DNA of 32,000 nt from Trichodesmium erythraeum IMS101 (GTDB lineage Bacteria; Cyanobacteriota; Cyanobacteriia; Cyanobacteriales; Microcoleaceae), in the NCBI RefSeq assembly GCF_000014265.1, contig NC_008312.1:4890001-4922000 (forward strand), in the 5' to 3' direction. Each line of letters begins with the position of its first letter. Positions within the stretch are counted from its first letter, which is position 1. This document shows, in pieces, positions 17,277 to 26,600 of this stretch. The notes under the pieces are model-generated. The model saw only the letters and a list, made by a program, of their open reading frames with translations. It did not search any database and was not told the DNA's origin. Position numbers and translations under genes: made by a program.

Positions 17277-18824
17277 CTAACTCTGATGTAAAGGTAAAAT
17301 AACAGTGGCCATAGTACCTACTTGAGGACAACTTTCAATAGATATTTGGCCACAATGATTTTCGACTATAGCTAGAGCGATCGCTAACCCTAAACCTGAC
17401 CCCACTATACCGCCATGGGAACGAGCGGAGTCTACTTGATAAAAGCGATCAAATAAACGAGACAAAGCTTCAGTCGGAATACCGATACCATTATCCTTAA
17501 CCGTTACCTGGAGGCAATCGTTTTTAATATTTTGACAACCTCTAAAAATTACCCCACTATTCTTAGAAGTATTTCCTAGTTCTCCATCCTGAGTTCTCAA
17601 CATTGGCTTTTTAGCTTTTGGAAGGTACTGCAATTCTACTACTAGATGACCACCAGATTGAGTATACTGCATACCATTACTAATCAAATTTGTAAATAAC
17701 CTAGCTAATTGTTCCCAATCTCCTATAAGTGTAATATCTTCCTCAAAAATAGGATGTTTAATAATTTTAGAGTTATCTATTTTGCCGTGATGTTTATAGT
17801 TTAATGTAGAGTTTTGATTAAAGATTGAATTTTCTCCAATAAAATCAGGTAGAGAAATTTTTAATTCTAGATTTATACCTTGAGCAGTAGCGATCGCCTG
17901 TTGTTCTTCTACTACTTCCATCAATAAGGCTTCTATTGGTACTGGTGAAAACTCAGATTGCACCATTCTACTATCCTGACGTGCTAAAAATAGTAAATCA
18001 TCTACTAAGCGCCCCAAACGACGGGTTAAACGTTCAATAACTTGTAGTTGTTGCTGATGTTCAGATGATACTAACTTGGGGTCTGCCAAAGCTACCTGTA
18101 CATTAGTTTGAATCATTGCTATCGGGTTTCGGAGTTCGTGGGAAGCATCAGCAGTAAATTTTTTCAAATGTTGATAAGATTCTCGTACTGGTTGTATTGC
18201 TAAACCAGAAAGTAGCCAGCCGATACCCCCCACAGAAATTAGCACTAAACAAGTACCAATACTTAAGTCTAGCATAAGAAGGCGAATTGGTTTTGTCACC
18301 TCAAACCAAGGATGACTCACTCGCAAATATCCTAAGACTTGACGACCTACTTCTACTCTATCTGTCACTTGTCGTAATAGTAAACTATTATCAATGATTG
18401 GTTGTAATGTTTCAATTTTTCCAGAGTGGGGAATTATTCTTACTGTTTCTCCAATACGGTTTGAATGTATGGGAATATTGAGAGGTTCAGAAAAGGTTGA
18501 CCAAAGTAGTTCTCCTGTAGGACTAAACCATTCAATATCAATGTGGTCATCTTCTACAGTGTTAGCATTATCTCGAAAGCTAACTTCTAGGTTGACACGA
18601 AAATTTTCACTGTTTCCAATGGGAAAGTTGGGGATAGGTTCAATAATAGGTTCGATAACTAGGGAGCGCTCTACTATTTCTACCACATGGAGCAATGTAT
18701 CATCTATACGTTCAATTAGGGTACTACGAAAATATATATAAAACCCAGTGGTAAATATTAATAATAAAATAGCTGTGACTGTAGTGTACCAAATTGCTAA
18801 ACGGCGACGAGTTGTTTGAAACAT
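17277..18824 (-). CDS. Two-component sensor histidine kinase (2 TM helices, periplasmic loop, HisKA, HATPase_c)
   Basis: H-box FTADASHELRNPIA. N-box LISNGMQYT. G1 VKDNGIGIP. G2 GSGLGLAIA. TM1 is LAIWYTTVTAILLLIFTTGFYIY and TM2 is LLMLDLSIGTCLVLISVGGIGWLLSGLAI. No response regulator gene is adjacent in this window. Confidence 0.9.
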   Translation of the reverse strand: MFQTTRRRLAIWYTTVTAILLLIFTTGFYIYFRSTLIERIDDTLLHVVEIVERSLVIEPIIEPIPNFPIGNSENFRVNLEVSFRDNANTVEDDHIDIEWFSPTGELLWSTFSEPLNIPIHSNRIGETVRIIPHSGKIETLQPIIDNSLLLRQVTDRVEVGRQVLGYLRVSHPWFEVTKPIRLLMLDLSIGTCLVLISVGGIGWLLSGLAIQPVRESYQHLKKFTADASHELRNPIAMIQTNVQVALADPKLVSSEHQQQLQVIERLTRRLGRLVDDLLFLARQDSRMVQSEFSPVPIEALLMEVVEEQQAIATAQGINLELKISLPDFIGENSIFNQNSTLNYKHHGKIDNSKIIKHPIFEEDITLIGDWEQLARLFTNLISNGMQYTQSGGHLVVELQYLPKAKKPMLRTQDGELGNTSKNSGVIFRGCQNIKNDCLQVTVKDNGIGIPTEALSRLFDRFYQVDSARSHGGIVGSGLGLAIALAIVENHCGQISIESCPQVGTMATVILPLHQS

Positions 18825-18912
18825 AATTTATTTTTCAGTAATTTCAAATGTACGAGAGTGAGGCACTAATATATAGTGCTACACATCAAACTGATTTATG
18901 CGATCGCGACAA

Positions 18913-18928
18913 CTGATAACTGATAACT
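18913..18928. repeat. Heptamer tandem repeat (CTGATAA) x2.3, STRR-like
   Basis: ctgataactgataact lies in the HK/transporter intergenic region, next to a HIP1 site (gcgatcgc at 18900). Confidence 0.6.
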
Positions 18929-19004
18929 TAATATTGGCCATGCCAAAAAGTAGTATTTAGGATAAGATAGCTCTAGTTGAAAAATCTTAATTAAATATTA
19001 AATT

Positions 19005-20381
19005 ATGTTTATATCCTCTGAAGGTATAATCAAGCTTCAAAAATACTTTAAACAAAAGGTATTTTTTGGAAATGAACCAACACCTGAACTTATAGCCATA
19101 CTGCTTGTTTACTTTGTCCAAGGAATTTTAGGGTTAGGGAGTCTCGCTATCAGCTTTTTTCTCAAAGATGAATTGGCCATGACTCCGGCAGAGGTATCAG
19201 CAATGTTGGGTATTGTTATTATACCGTGGATGATTAAACCTCTTTTTGGGTTTATTACTGATGGAGTACCAATATTAGGCTATCGACGAGGACCTTACAT
19301 AATTTTTTCTGGAATACTGGGGGCGTTTTCTTGGGTAGCATTGGCAACATGGGTAGATACTCCACTAACAGCGACAGTAGCGATCGCTATGAGTTCCTTG
19401 TCAGTAGCTATGAGCGATGTAATAATTGATTCCCTTGTTGTAGAAAGAGTGCAAAAAGAATCTGTCAGTAATACAGGTTCTCTCCAATCTTTATGTTGGT
19501 CTGCCTCAGCATTAGGAGGACTAATAACTGCTTATTTCAGTGGTTATTTACTAGAACATTTCAGCCCTCAAACTGTATTTTTAATTACAGCCACTTTTCC
19601 TTTGATTGTTTCTTTAGTACCCCTATTAATTGAGGAAAAAAAAGTTTCTATTAGGATTAACTTTGATAACGTAAAACAGCAAATTAAACAAGTCAAAAAA
19701 GCAGTTATAAAAAAATCAATTTTATTACCAACTGCTTTCCTAGTTATTTGGCAAGCAACCCCAAATTCTGAATCAGCTTTCTTTTTCTTTTCAACCAATG
19801 AATTAGGATTTCAAGCAGAATTTTTAGGCAGGATAAGGTTAGTAACAAGTATTGCTGCTTTATTTGGTGTTTGGCTATTTCAACGCTTTTTTAAATCTGT
19901 TCCATTTCGGAAAATTTTCGGATGGTCTACAGTTATTTCTGCTCTTTTAGGAATGACTACTTTACTGTTAGTTACTCACACTAATAGAACATTGGGGATA
20001 GATGATCATTGGTTTAGCTTAGGAGATAGTTTAGTACTAACTGTAATGGGCAAAATTGCTTTTATGCCAGTATTAGTTTTAGCTGCTAGACTTTGCCCAC
20101 CAGGAGTAGAAGCAACTGTATTTGCTTTATTAATGTCAATTTATAACTTAGCTGCATTAATTTCCCATGAAGGCGGTGCTTTATTAATGCACTGGCTAAA
20201 AGTTACAGAGACAAACTTTGATAATTTGTGGTTGTTGATAGTTATCACTAACTTATCCACTTTATTGCCATTACCTTTACTAAATTGGTTGCCTACAGCT
20301 AATGCTCAAACAGATGAAGAAGAAAATCTTAATTCACAACCAATATTAGAACCTGAATCTAGTGAAATTATCTCCCGTTAA
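19005..20381 (+). CDS. Folate-biopterin transporter (BT1/FBT family, MFS-like)
   Basis: ELIAILLVYFVQGILGLGSLAISFFLKDELAMTPAEVSAMLGIVIIPWMIKPLFGFITDGVPILGYRRGPYII is the signature N-terminal region of BT1 transporters (VYFVQG...L......KD.L...PA........P.W..KP..G...D..PI.GYRR.PY). About 12 hydrophobic segments. Confidence 0.8.
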   Translation: MFISSEGIIKLQKYFKQKVFFGNEPTPELIAILLVYFVQGILGLGSLAISFFLKDELAMTPAEVSAMLGIVIIPWMIKPLFGFITDGVPILGYRRGPYIIFSGILGAFSWVALATWVDTPLTATVAIAMSSLSVAMSDVIIDSLVVERVQKESVSNTGSLQSLCWSASALGGLITAYFSGYLLEHFSPQTVFLITATFPLIVSLVPLLIEEKKVSIRINFDNVKQQIKQVKKAVIKKSILLPTAFLVIWQATPNSESAFFFFSTNELGFQAEFLGRIRLVTSIAALFGVWLFQRFFKSVPFRKIFGWSTVISALLGMTTLLLVTHTNRTLGIDDHWFSLGDSLVLTVMGKIAFMPVLVLAARLCPPGVEATVFALLMSIYNLAALISHEGGALLMHWLKVTETNFDNLWLLIVITNLSTLLPLPLLNWLPTANAQTDEEENLNSQPILEPESSEIISR

Positions 20382-20933
20382 ATCAGAAATTATCTTATGA
20401 TATTCAAAATAATTGCACCTTTATTTGCTGAAATTTTTGGATTCATATATAGCAATTCCAATAAATGATTAATTTTGCCTCACTGTTCAATAGTATGCTT
20501 AATTTTATAGCAGTAATTTGACCTTTTTCAAGTGCAAAAATGACAGAGAATTACTCTTTTAGGCAAGGAAAATAACCAGCTATTCCTAAAAATAGCTCAA
20601 AGCTAGATAAATCAGAATACAAATTAATTAAATATAATAACTATAATATGTAATAGTTTACAGTCTTTTTATCATTTTTTTCCCTATAGATAGCAGTGAG
20701 TAATTATAATACTGATATAACCTAGATTCCACAGGACAAAATGTAGTAAAATTAAAAGTATGGAGTGCGAATGCCTATTCGCCTCTACAACAATCAATAA
20801 AAAATTATAGTTGTCAATAGAAGTCAACAATAAAGTAAGTATTTATATTTAATATTTTCTTGATCAGTTAACGTGTATAATGTGATATATTATAAATTTA
20901 TTTATTATCAACATAAGAATATATAAATCACAG

Positions 20934-22403
20934 ATGACAAATTTACAAATTCAACAACCTAAATCTTATACTAGTAAAGATTGGCAACAAGGATATAAAT
21001 CTCAACCACAAGAATATAACTATTGGATTGATGATATAGAAGGTGAAATACCAGAAGATTTAAACGGTACTTTTTTCCGTAACGGACCAGGTTTATTAGA
21101 CATTAATGGTCAACTTATTGCTCATCCTTTTGACGGAGATGGAATGGTTTGTGCAATTAGTTTTAAAAACCGTCGCGCCCACTTCCAAAATAGATTTGTT
21201 AGAACAGAAGGTTATGTGGCAGAAAAAGCGGCAGGAAAAATTCTCTATAGAGGTGTTTTTGGTACTCAAAAAACAGGTGGTTGGTTAGCTAATCTTTTTG
21301 ATTTTAAACTTAAAAATATTGCCAATACTGGTATTATTTATTGGGGTGATAAACTTTTGGCATTGTGGGAAGGAGGGCAACCTCATCGTTTAAATCCCCA
21401 GAATTTAGAAACCATTGGCCTTAACGATTTAGATGGGCTTTTACAACCAGGTCAAGCTTTTTCTGCTCATCCCAGAATTGATAAAGGAAAGGATGGAAAA
21501 GGAGATGTTTTAGTTAATTTTTCTGTCAAACCTGGTTTATCAAGTACCATTACTATTTTTGAATTTAATAGTCAGGGAAAATTACTCAAACGTTACTCTA
21601 ATTCTATTCCTGGTTTTGCCTTTTTACACGATATGGTAATTACACCAAATTACTGTATTTTTTTTCAAAATCCTGTTGCTTTTAATCCTTTTCCTTTATT
21701 ACTAGGGTTACGAACTCCAGGTCAATGTTTAGAGTTTTTACCTAATAATTCAACACAAGTTATTTTAATTCCTCGTGATGGTAGTAAAGCTATAAAAATT
21801 TTGAAAACGAAACCTTGTTTTGTATTTCATCATGCTAATGCTTGGGAAAAGGACGGGGAAATTTATGTAGATTCTATTTGTTATGAATCTGTCTCACAAA
21901 CTGACCTAGGTGATAATTTTCTGGAGGTGGATTTTGACTCAATGACAGAAGGTAAGTTATGGCGATTTAAGATTAATTTATCAGAGAATAATGTGGAACA
22001 TAAATTGCTTGAAAGTCGTTGTTGTGAGTTTCCGACTTTAAATCCGAATAATGTAGGAAAAGCTTATCGATATTTATTTATTGGAGCAGCAGATAAGCCT
22101 AGTGGAAATGCTCCTTTACAAGCAATATTAAAAATTGATTTGCATACAGGAAAACGTCAAACTTTTAGTGTCGCACCGCGAGGTTTTGCAGGAGAACCTT
22201 TATTTGTTCCTTTTCCAAATGGGGTGAATGAGGATGATGGTTGGTTATTAATGTTGATGTATGATGCAGCAGAACATCGGTCGGATATTGTGATTTTGGA
22301 TGCTCGTGATTTGAATAAAAAACCTGTGGCAAGATTACATTTAAAGCATCATATTCCTTATGGTTTACATGGTAGTTTTACCCCTAATTATTTTCAAGAG
22401 TAA
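20934..22403 (+). CDS. Apocarotenoid-15,15'-oxygenase (carotenoid cleavage dioxygenase, RPE65 family; ortholog of Synechocystis ACO/Diox1)
   Basis: It looks collinear with Synechocystis ACO as I recall it: DWQQGYKSQPQEYNYWIDDIEGEIPEDLNGTFFRNGPGLLDI...HPFDGDGMV; KNIANTGIIYWGDKLLALWEGGQPHRL; FVFHHANAWE; SRCCEFPT; GNAPLQAILKIDL; GFAGEPLFVP; EDDGWLL; LHLKHHIPYGLHGS. 489 aa versus about 490 aa. Confidence 0.92.
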   Translation: MTNLQIQQPKSYTSKDWQQGYKSQPQEYNYWIDDIEGEIPEDLNGTFFRNGPGLLDINGQLIAHPFDGDGMVCAISFKNRRAHFQNRFVRTEGYVAEKAAGKILYRGVFGTQKTGGWLANLFDFKLKNIANTGIIYWGDKLLALWEGGQPHRLNPQNLETIGLNDLDGLLQPGQAFSAHPRIDKGKDGKGDVLVNFSVKPGLSSTITIFEFNSQGKLLKRYSNSIPGFAFLHDMVITPNYCIFFQNPVAFNPFPLLLGLRTPGQCLEFLPNNSTQVILIPRDGSKAIKILKTKPCFVFHHANAWEKDGEIYVDSICYESVSQTDLGDNFLEVDFDSMTEGKLWRFKINLSENNVEHKLLESRCCEFPTLNPNNVGKAYRYLFIGAADKPSGNAPLQAILKIDLHTGKRQTFSVAPRGFAGEPLFVPFPNGVNEDDGWLLMLMYDAAEHRSDIVILDARDLNKKPVARLHLKHHIPYGLHGSFTPNYFQE

Positions 22404-23652
22404 GTCAGATTTTTAGGGAGTAGATAATAGGAAAGTAGTAAACATCAAAATAATTAAAAACCTAAAAATAATTAAAAACCTACTGAATAATAATTATTAA
22501 AAAGGTTATTTATTGGAGCTTACCTCACTGGAGTAAATTTTAGTATGTCTGAATTTAAAACAGACTTATATCACTTAATTTTACCTCAGTGAAGGTAATC
22601 TTGTTCGTTTCAGAAAAGACCACTTCAGATAAACAGAAACTGAAGTCAAAAGTAGTGAAGTAAAAAATGCAAAGTTTAGCAGTAATAGCTGTTGAATTAC
22701 TGAATAACGTAAAAATTAATTTGATTGAACGAGAAGCTATTTTTAGAGATTCCTCAGAAGACTATTTTTTTTCAATCTATTAGTTTTTTAAAGAAGCACT
22801 CAGCGGTTAACCTTCAGATAATCTTCAGTTGAGTAACTACGATATTCAGTTATTGCCGATAAAAGTTTTATTAATTGAGCCAGAATTATGATTAAAGTTC
22901 ATAGTAGTGCTTTAGTCTGATCTATCTTAAGGTTAGAGCCTTACTACAAACAAAAAAAATTTTAATCTTTCAATCTAAGGAAATTTTAACTCCGCCAAAA
23001 TTAGCCTTAAATTTTCATTCATATTGGGTTCTAAAAATACCCATTTTTTTACCTGAATTTGAGTTTTTTTTAAGTAAAATACTCTTCCTTATTCAGATAT
23101 CTAGACATTTACATTTGTTCCAAACAAGATAGACCTTTATTGGTAGCTTGAATTAAATCTAAAAATGACTTAAAAGACCAATATATAACTTTTAAAGTTT
23201 GCTTTGTAATATCAGTTTAAAGTAGCTAGTAGTTTTCGTTATTCTGGGAGTAATGCTAGTTTGATTCAGATTTTAGGCAAAATAGAAATACCTAACAACA
23301 ATATTATTCCGTGTTTCATACATAGCATATTTCCAAGTATATGAAGTATAAATATTAACAATTAAATGTTTCCAGGGCGGGCATCTTGCCCACTGGGGTG
23401 TATCTCACCAAGGTGGAATTCGCTGTATGTTTAAATAATCTAAAAATTACTTTAAGGCTTTAACCTCTTAGATAGACTAAGTTTCTAATTTTTTTCTTTT
23501 GGCTCAAGTACATAGTCAATGTTCGCTATACAATAAATACTGTAGCGAAAATATTCAATTATTGTGATATTTTGACTCTGGATAAAAACCCATCGTGTCG
23601 TTTCCATCCCAGTATTAAAACGAGCTATTTTTCCACTTACTGAAAATTTACA

Positions 23653-26600
23653 ATGAATATACAAAAAAATCAAGAATATAATTATCAAATAGGTAATTAT
23701 TTAACAGCAAATCATCCTACTTATGTCATACGAGCGGCAGATAAAGAATTATTTAATACTTTGAAAAACGGTGAATATTGTTATGTATTAAGTTCTCCAC
23801 AAACTGGTAAGTCAAGTTTAAAAGTTAATACGACCCAACTTTTACAAGCAGAAAACATTATCTGTATTGCTCTAGATATGAGTAGAGTTAACAATAAAAC
23901 TTTTACTCTAGATGAGTGGTATGATCAAGTAATTTTAGCTTTAGAAAAAAGTTTTACATTTCCACGGTATTTTCCAGAATTATGGTGGGAAGAAATGGCA
24001 AATATGCCAGGGGATGAAAAATTATTTGTGTTTATAGAGGAAGTATTATTAGCTAATACTCAAGATGAAAAGATAGTCATTTTTATAGATGAAGTGAATG
24101 ATGATAGTGTTTTTGACCCTGGTGGTGGGAGCTTAGGAATATTAATTAGTTATTGTCTTCAAGAAAGAGCAAATAACCCAGAATTTAAACGTTTAACATT
24201 TGCCTTATTAGGGACAACAATACCTAATAATTTAGTGGATATTTGTAGACCTATTGAACTTAGTAGCTTCAAAATAGAAGAAGTGCCTCATTTTGTAAAC
24301 AGATTCCAAGGGATGGTAAAACAGCCACTAAAATTTATAGAAGAAATATTATTTTGGTCTGGTGGACAACCATTTTTGACGCAAAAACTATGTCAAATAG
24401 TTATTAATTATTTAAGAGAAAGAAATGAGGAAGAAGATGATAATAATGTAACTTTAGTAGAAGATTTAGTGGGAATTTGTGTGTTAGAAAATTGGGATGC
24501 ACAAGACTATCCAGCTCATTTCAGCAAATTAGAAAATCTTTTGCTGAAAAATATACAGAAATCTACAAATCATTTAGAAATATACCAACAAATATTAAAA
24601 TATGGCAGATTAAAACTACCTAGTGAAAGTAATCAGAGATTTAAAAATCATGCGATCGCTCATAGCAAATGGGAAATAAAAGAGTTATTGAGGTCAGGTA
24701 TAGTCAAAATAAATCAGGGATTTTTAGAAGTATATAGTCCTATTTATGCAGAAATTTTTAATCAAGAATGGGTACAAAAACATCTACTACAAAGAACTAA
24801 GTCTGTTCCTAAAGTTACTGAGGAAAAAATTGAGTTAAATGATTCAAATGCTGAGGCAAAAACTTGGCAAGTAGAAGCAAATGTATCTAATTTTGAAATC
24901 CCAGAAAATCAAAAAAATTATAGTCATAATGAAATTAATTCAGAACAAAAATTACTAGTAAACCCATTTAAATTAAAGAATTTCAACAATCAAGTCACAA
25001 ATTTTCAACTAGGAGAAAATTTCTCTGGCTTAGAAAGTCAAGATAATCAAAAAAATCAGAGTAATAATATTATTGATCCTGAACAAAAACAATTAGAAAA
25101 TTTATTAGATTTAAATCAGTTTGATAGTTCAGTGACTAACTTAAATTTAGAAGAAAATATTTCTAATTTGCAACTTTTTGAAAATCACCAAATTCAAAGT
25201 AATAATTTAATTCATCCACAACAAAAAGAACTAGAAACACCTGGAGAAAAAATCACTCATCAGAAAAATAATAAGAATCAAGTAAGAGACAAAAAAGCTA
25301 AAAAATTAGCAATATCTCAGCATAAACTAAATATAGGAATAGCAGGATTAGTCGTAGTATCCCTAATAGCTATAACTGGAGCAACTTGGGCAACTAAACT
25401 TTTTCAAGAGAAACAAACTCAACTTCAAAAAGCAGAATATCAATTAGAACAATTCAAATATGAACTTAAAGAAGCACAAAAAGGTAAAGAATTAGAACAT
25501 GAAGGAATTAATGCTCTAAGGCAATTTGAAACTGCAGAAATAGAAGCATTAATATCAGCAATGAAAGCAGGAATTAAACTACAAGAATTAGTTAAATATG
25601 GTCGCCCACTCCAACATTACCCAGCCACAAGTCCGATATTTGCCTTACAACAAATTATTAACAATATTCACGAAAAAAATCAAATTCCTAACATCAAAAA
25701 TATTGCTATGAGTCCTAATAATCAACTATTAGCTATAGTCAGTAATGATGGTACAGCTAAAATTCTGGAATTCTCAGGTGAACCTATTTCTCAGTTGAGA
25801 GGACATCAGGGCAAAATCTCTCAAATTAAGTTTGCCCCAGAAGGTAACCTTCTTGCTACGGCAGCAGATGACGCTACAGCTAGAATTTGGGATTTTCAGG
25901 GTAAGCAACAAGTAGAACTCAAAGGCCATAAAGGTCAAATTTGGGAAATTACCTTTAGTCCTGATGGTAAATTATTAGCTACTGCTGGAGAAGACGGCAC
26001 TGCTAGAATTTGGGATATCTCAGGTCAAAAAATAGCCATTCTCAAAAAACATCAAGGTCGCATCTTAGACATCACATTTAGCTCTGATGGAAAATATCTA
26101 GCTACTGCTGGATGGGATGGTACTGCCAGAATTTGGAGTCCATCAGGCAAACAATTAGCTATACTTAAGGGACATCAAGGTAGTGTAGAAAAAATTATAT
26201 TTAGCCCTAATGGAAAATATCTAGCTACGACTGGATGGGATGGCACTATTAGAATTTGGAGACGTAGTTCCGGTAAGCTATTATCTAAACTTAAAGGTGG
26301 AGTTTGGAATATTAGCTTTAGTTCCGATGGTAAAAGGTTCGTTACAGCGGGAGAAGATGGAACAGCAAATATTTGGAATGTTTCTGGCCAACTATTAGGG
26401 AAACTTCCTGGACATCAAGGAACTGTGACGAGTATTAGTTTCAGTCCTGATGGTCAATGTCTAGCTACAGCAGGCAATGATGGTAGTGTAAAAGTCTGGG
26501 ACAATAATGGAAATTTGTTGACATATCTTAAAGGACATCTTGGCCGGGTTTTGGAAATGAATTTTAGTTCTGATGGACAATTACTATTAACTTTGGGAGA

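Noticed and set aside
18394-18741. 115-aa ORF on the plus strand
   Set aside because: It is antisense and fully internal to the well-supported histidine kinase CDS. Shadow ORF.
19568-19798. 76-aa ORF on the minus strand
   Set aside because: Antisense inside the folate-biopterin transporter CDS. Low-complexity K/F-rich translation.
20876-20881. A perfect TATAAT 53 nt upstream of the oxygenase ATG as a promoter -10 element
   Set aside because: There is no acceptable -35 or extended -10 (TGn) at the correct spacing, and TATAAT-like hexamers are frequent by chance at this AT content. It is plausible but not supportable from sequence alone.
21106-21288. 60-aa ORF, same strand but alternative frame
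   Set aside because: It is embedded in the strongly supported apocarotenoid oxygenase CDS, whose frame shows end-to-end family similarity.
22510-22600. Pentapeptide-repeat protein remnant (GAYLTGVNFSMSEFKTDLYHL)
   Set aside because: Only about four loosely matching pentads are present before a stop. This is too short and too degenerate to call a pseudogene.
23485-23688. 67-aa minus-strand ORF overlapping the start of the AAA_35-WD40 gene
   Set aside because: It overlaps the start of a well-supported gene on the opposite strand. AT-rich I/F/Y-rich translation, no motif.
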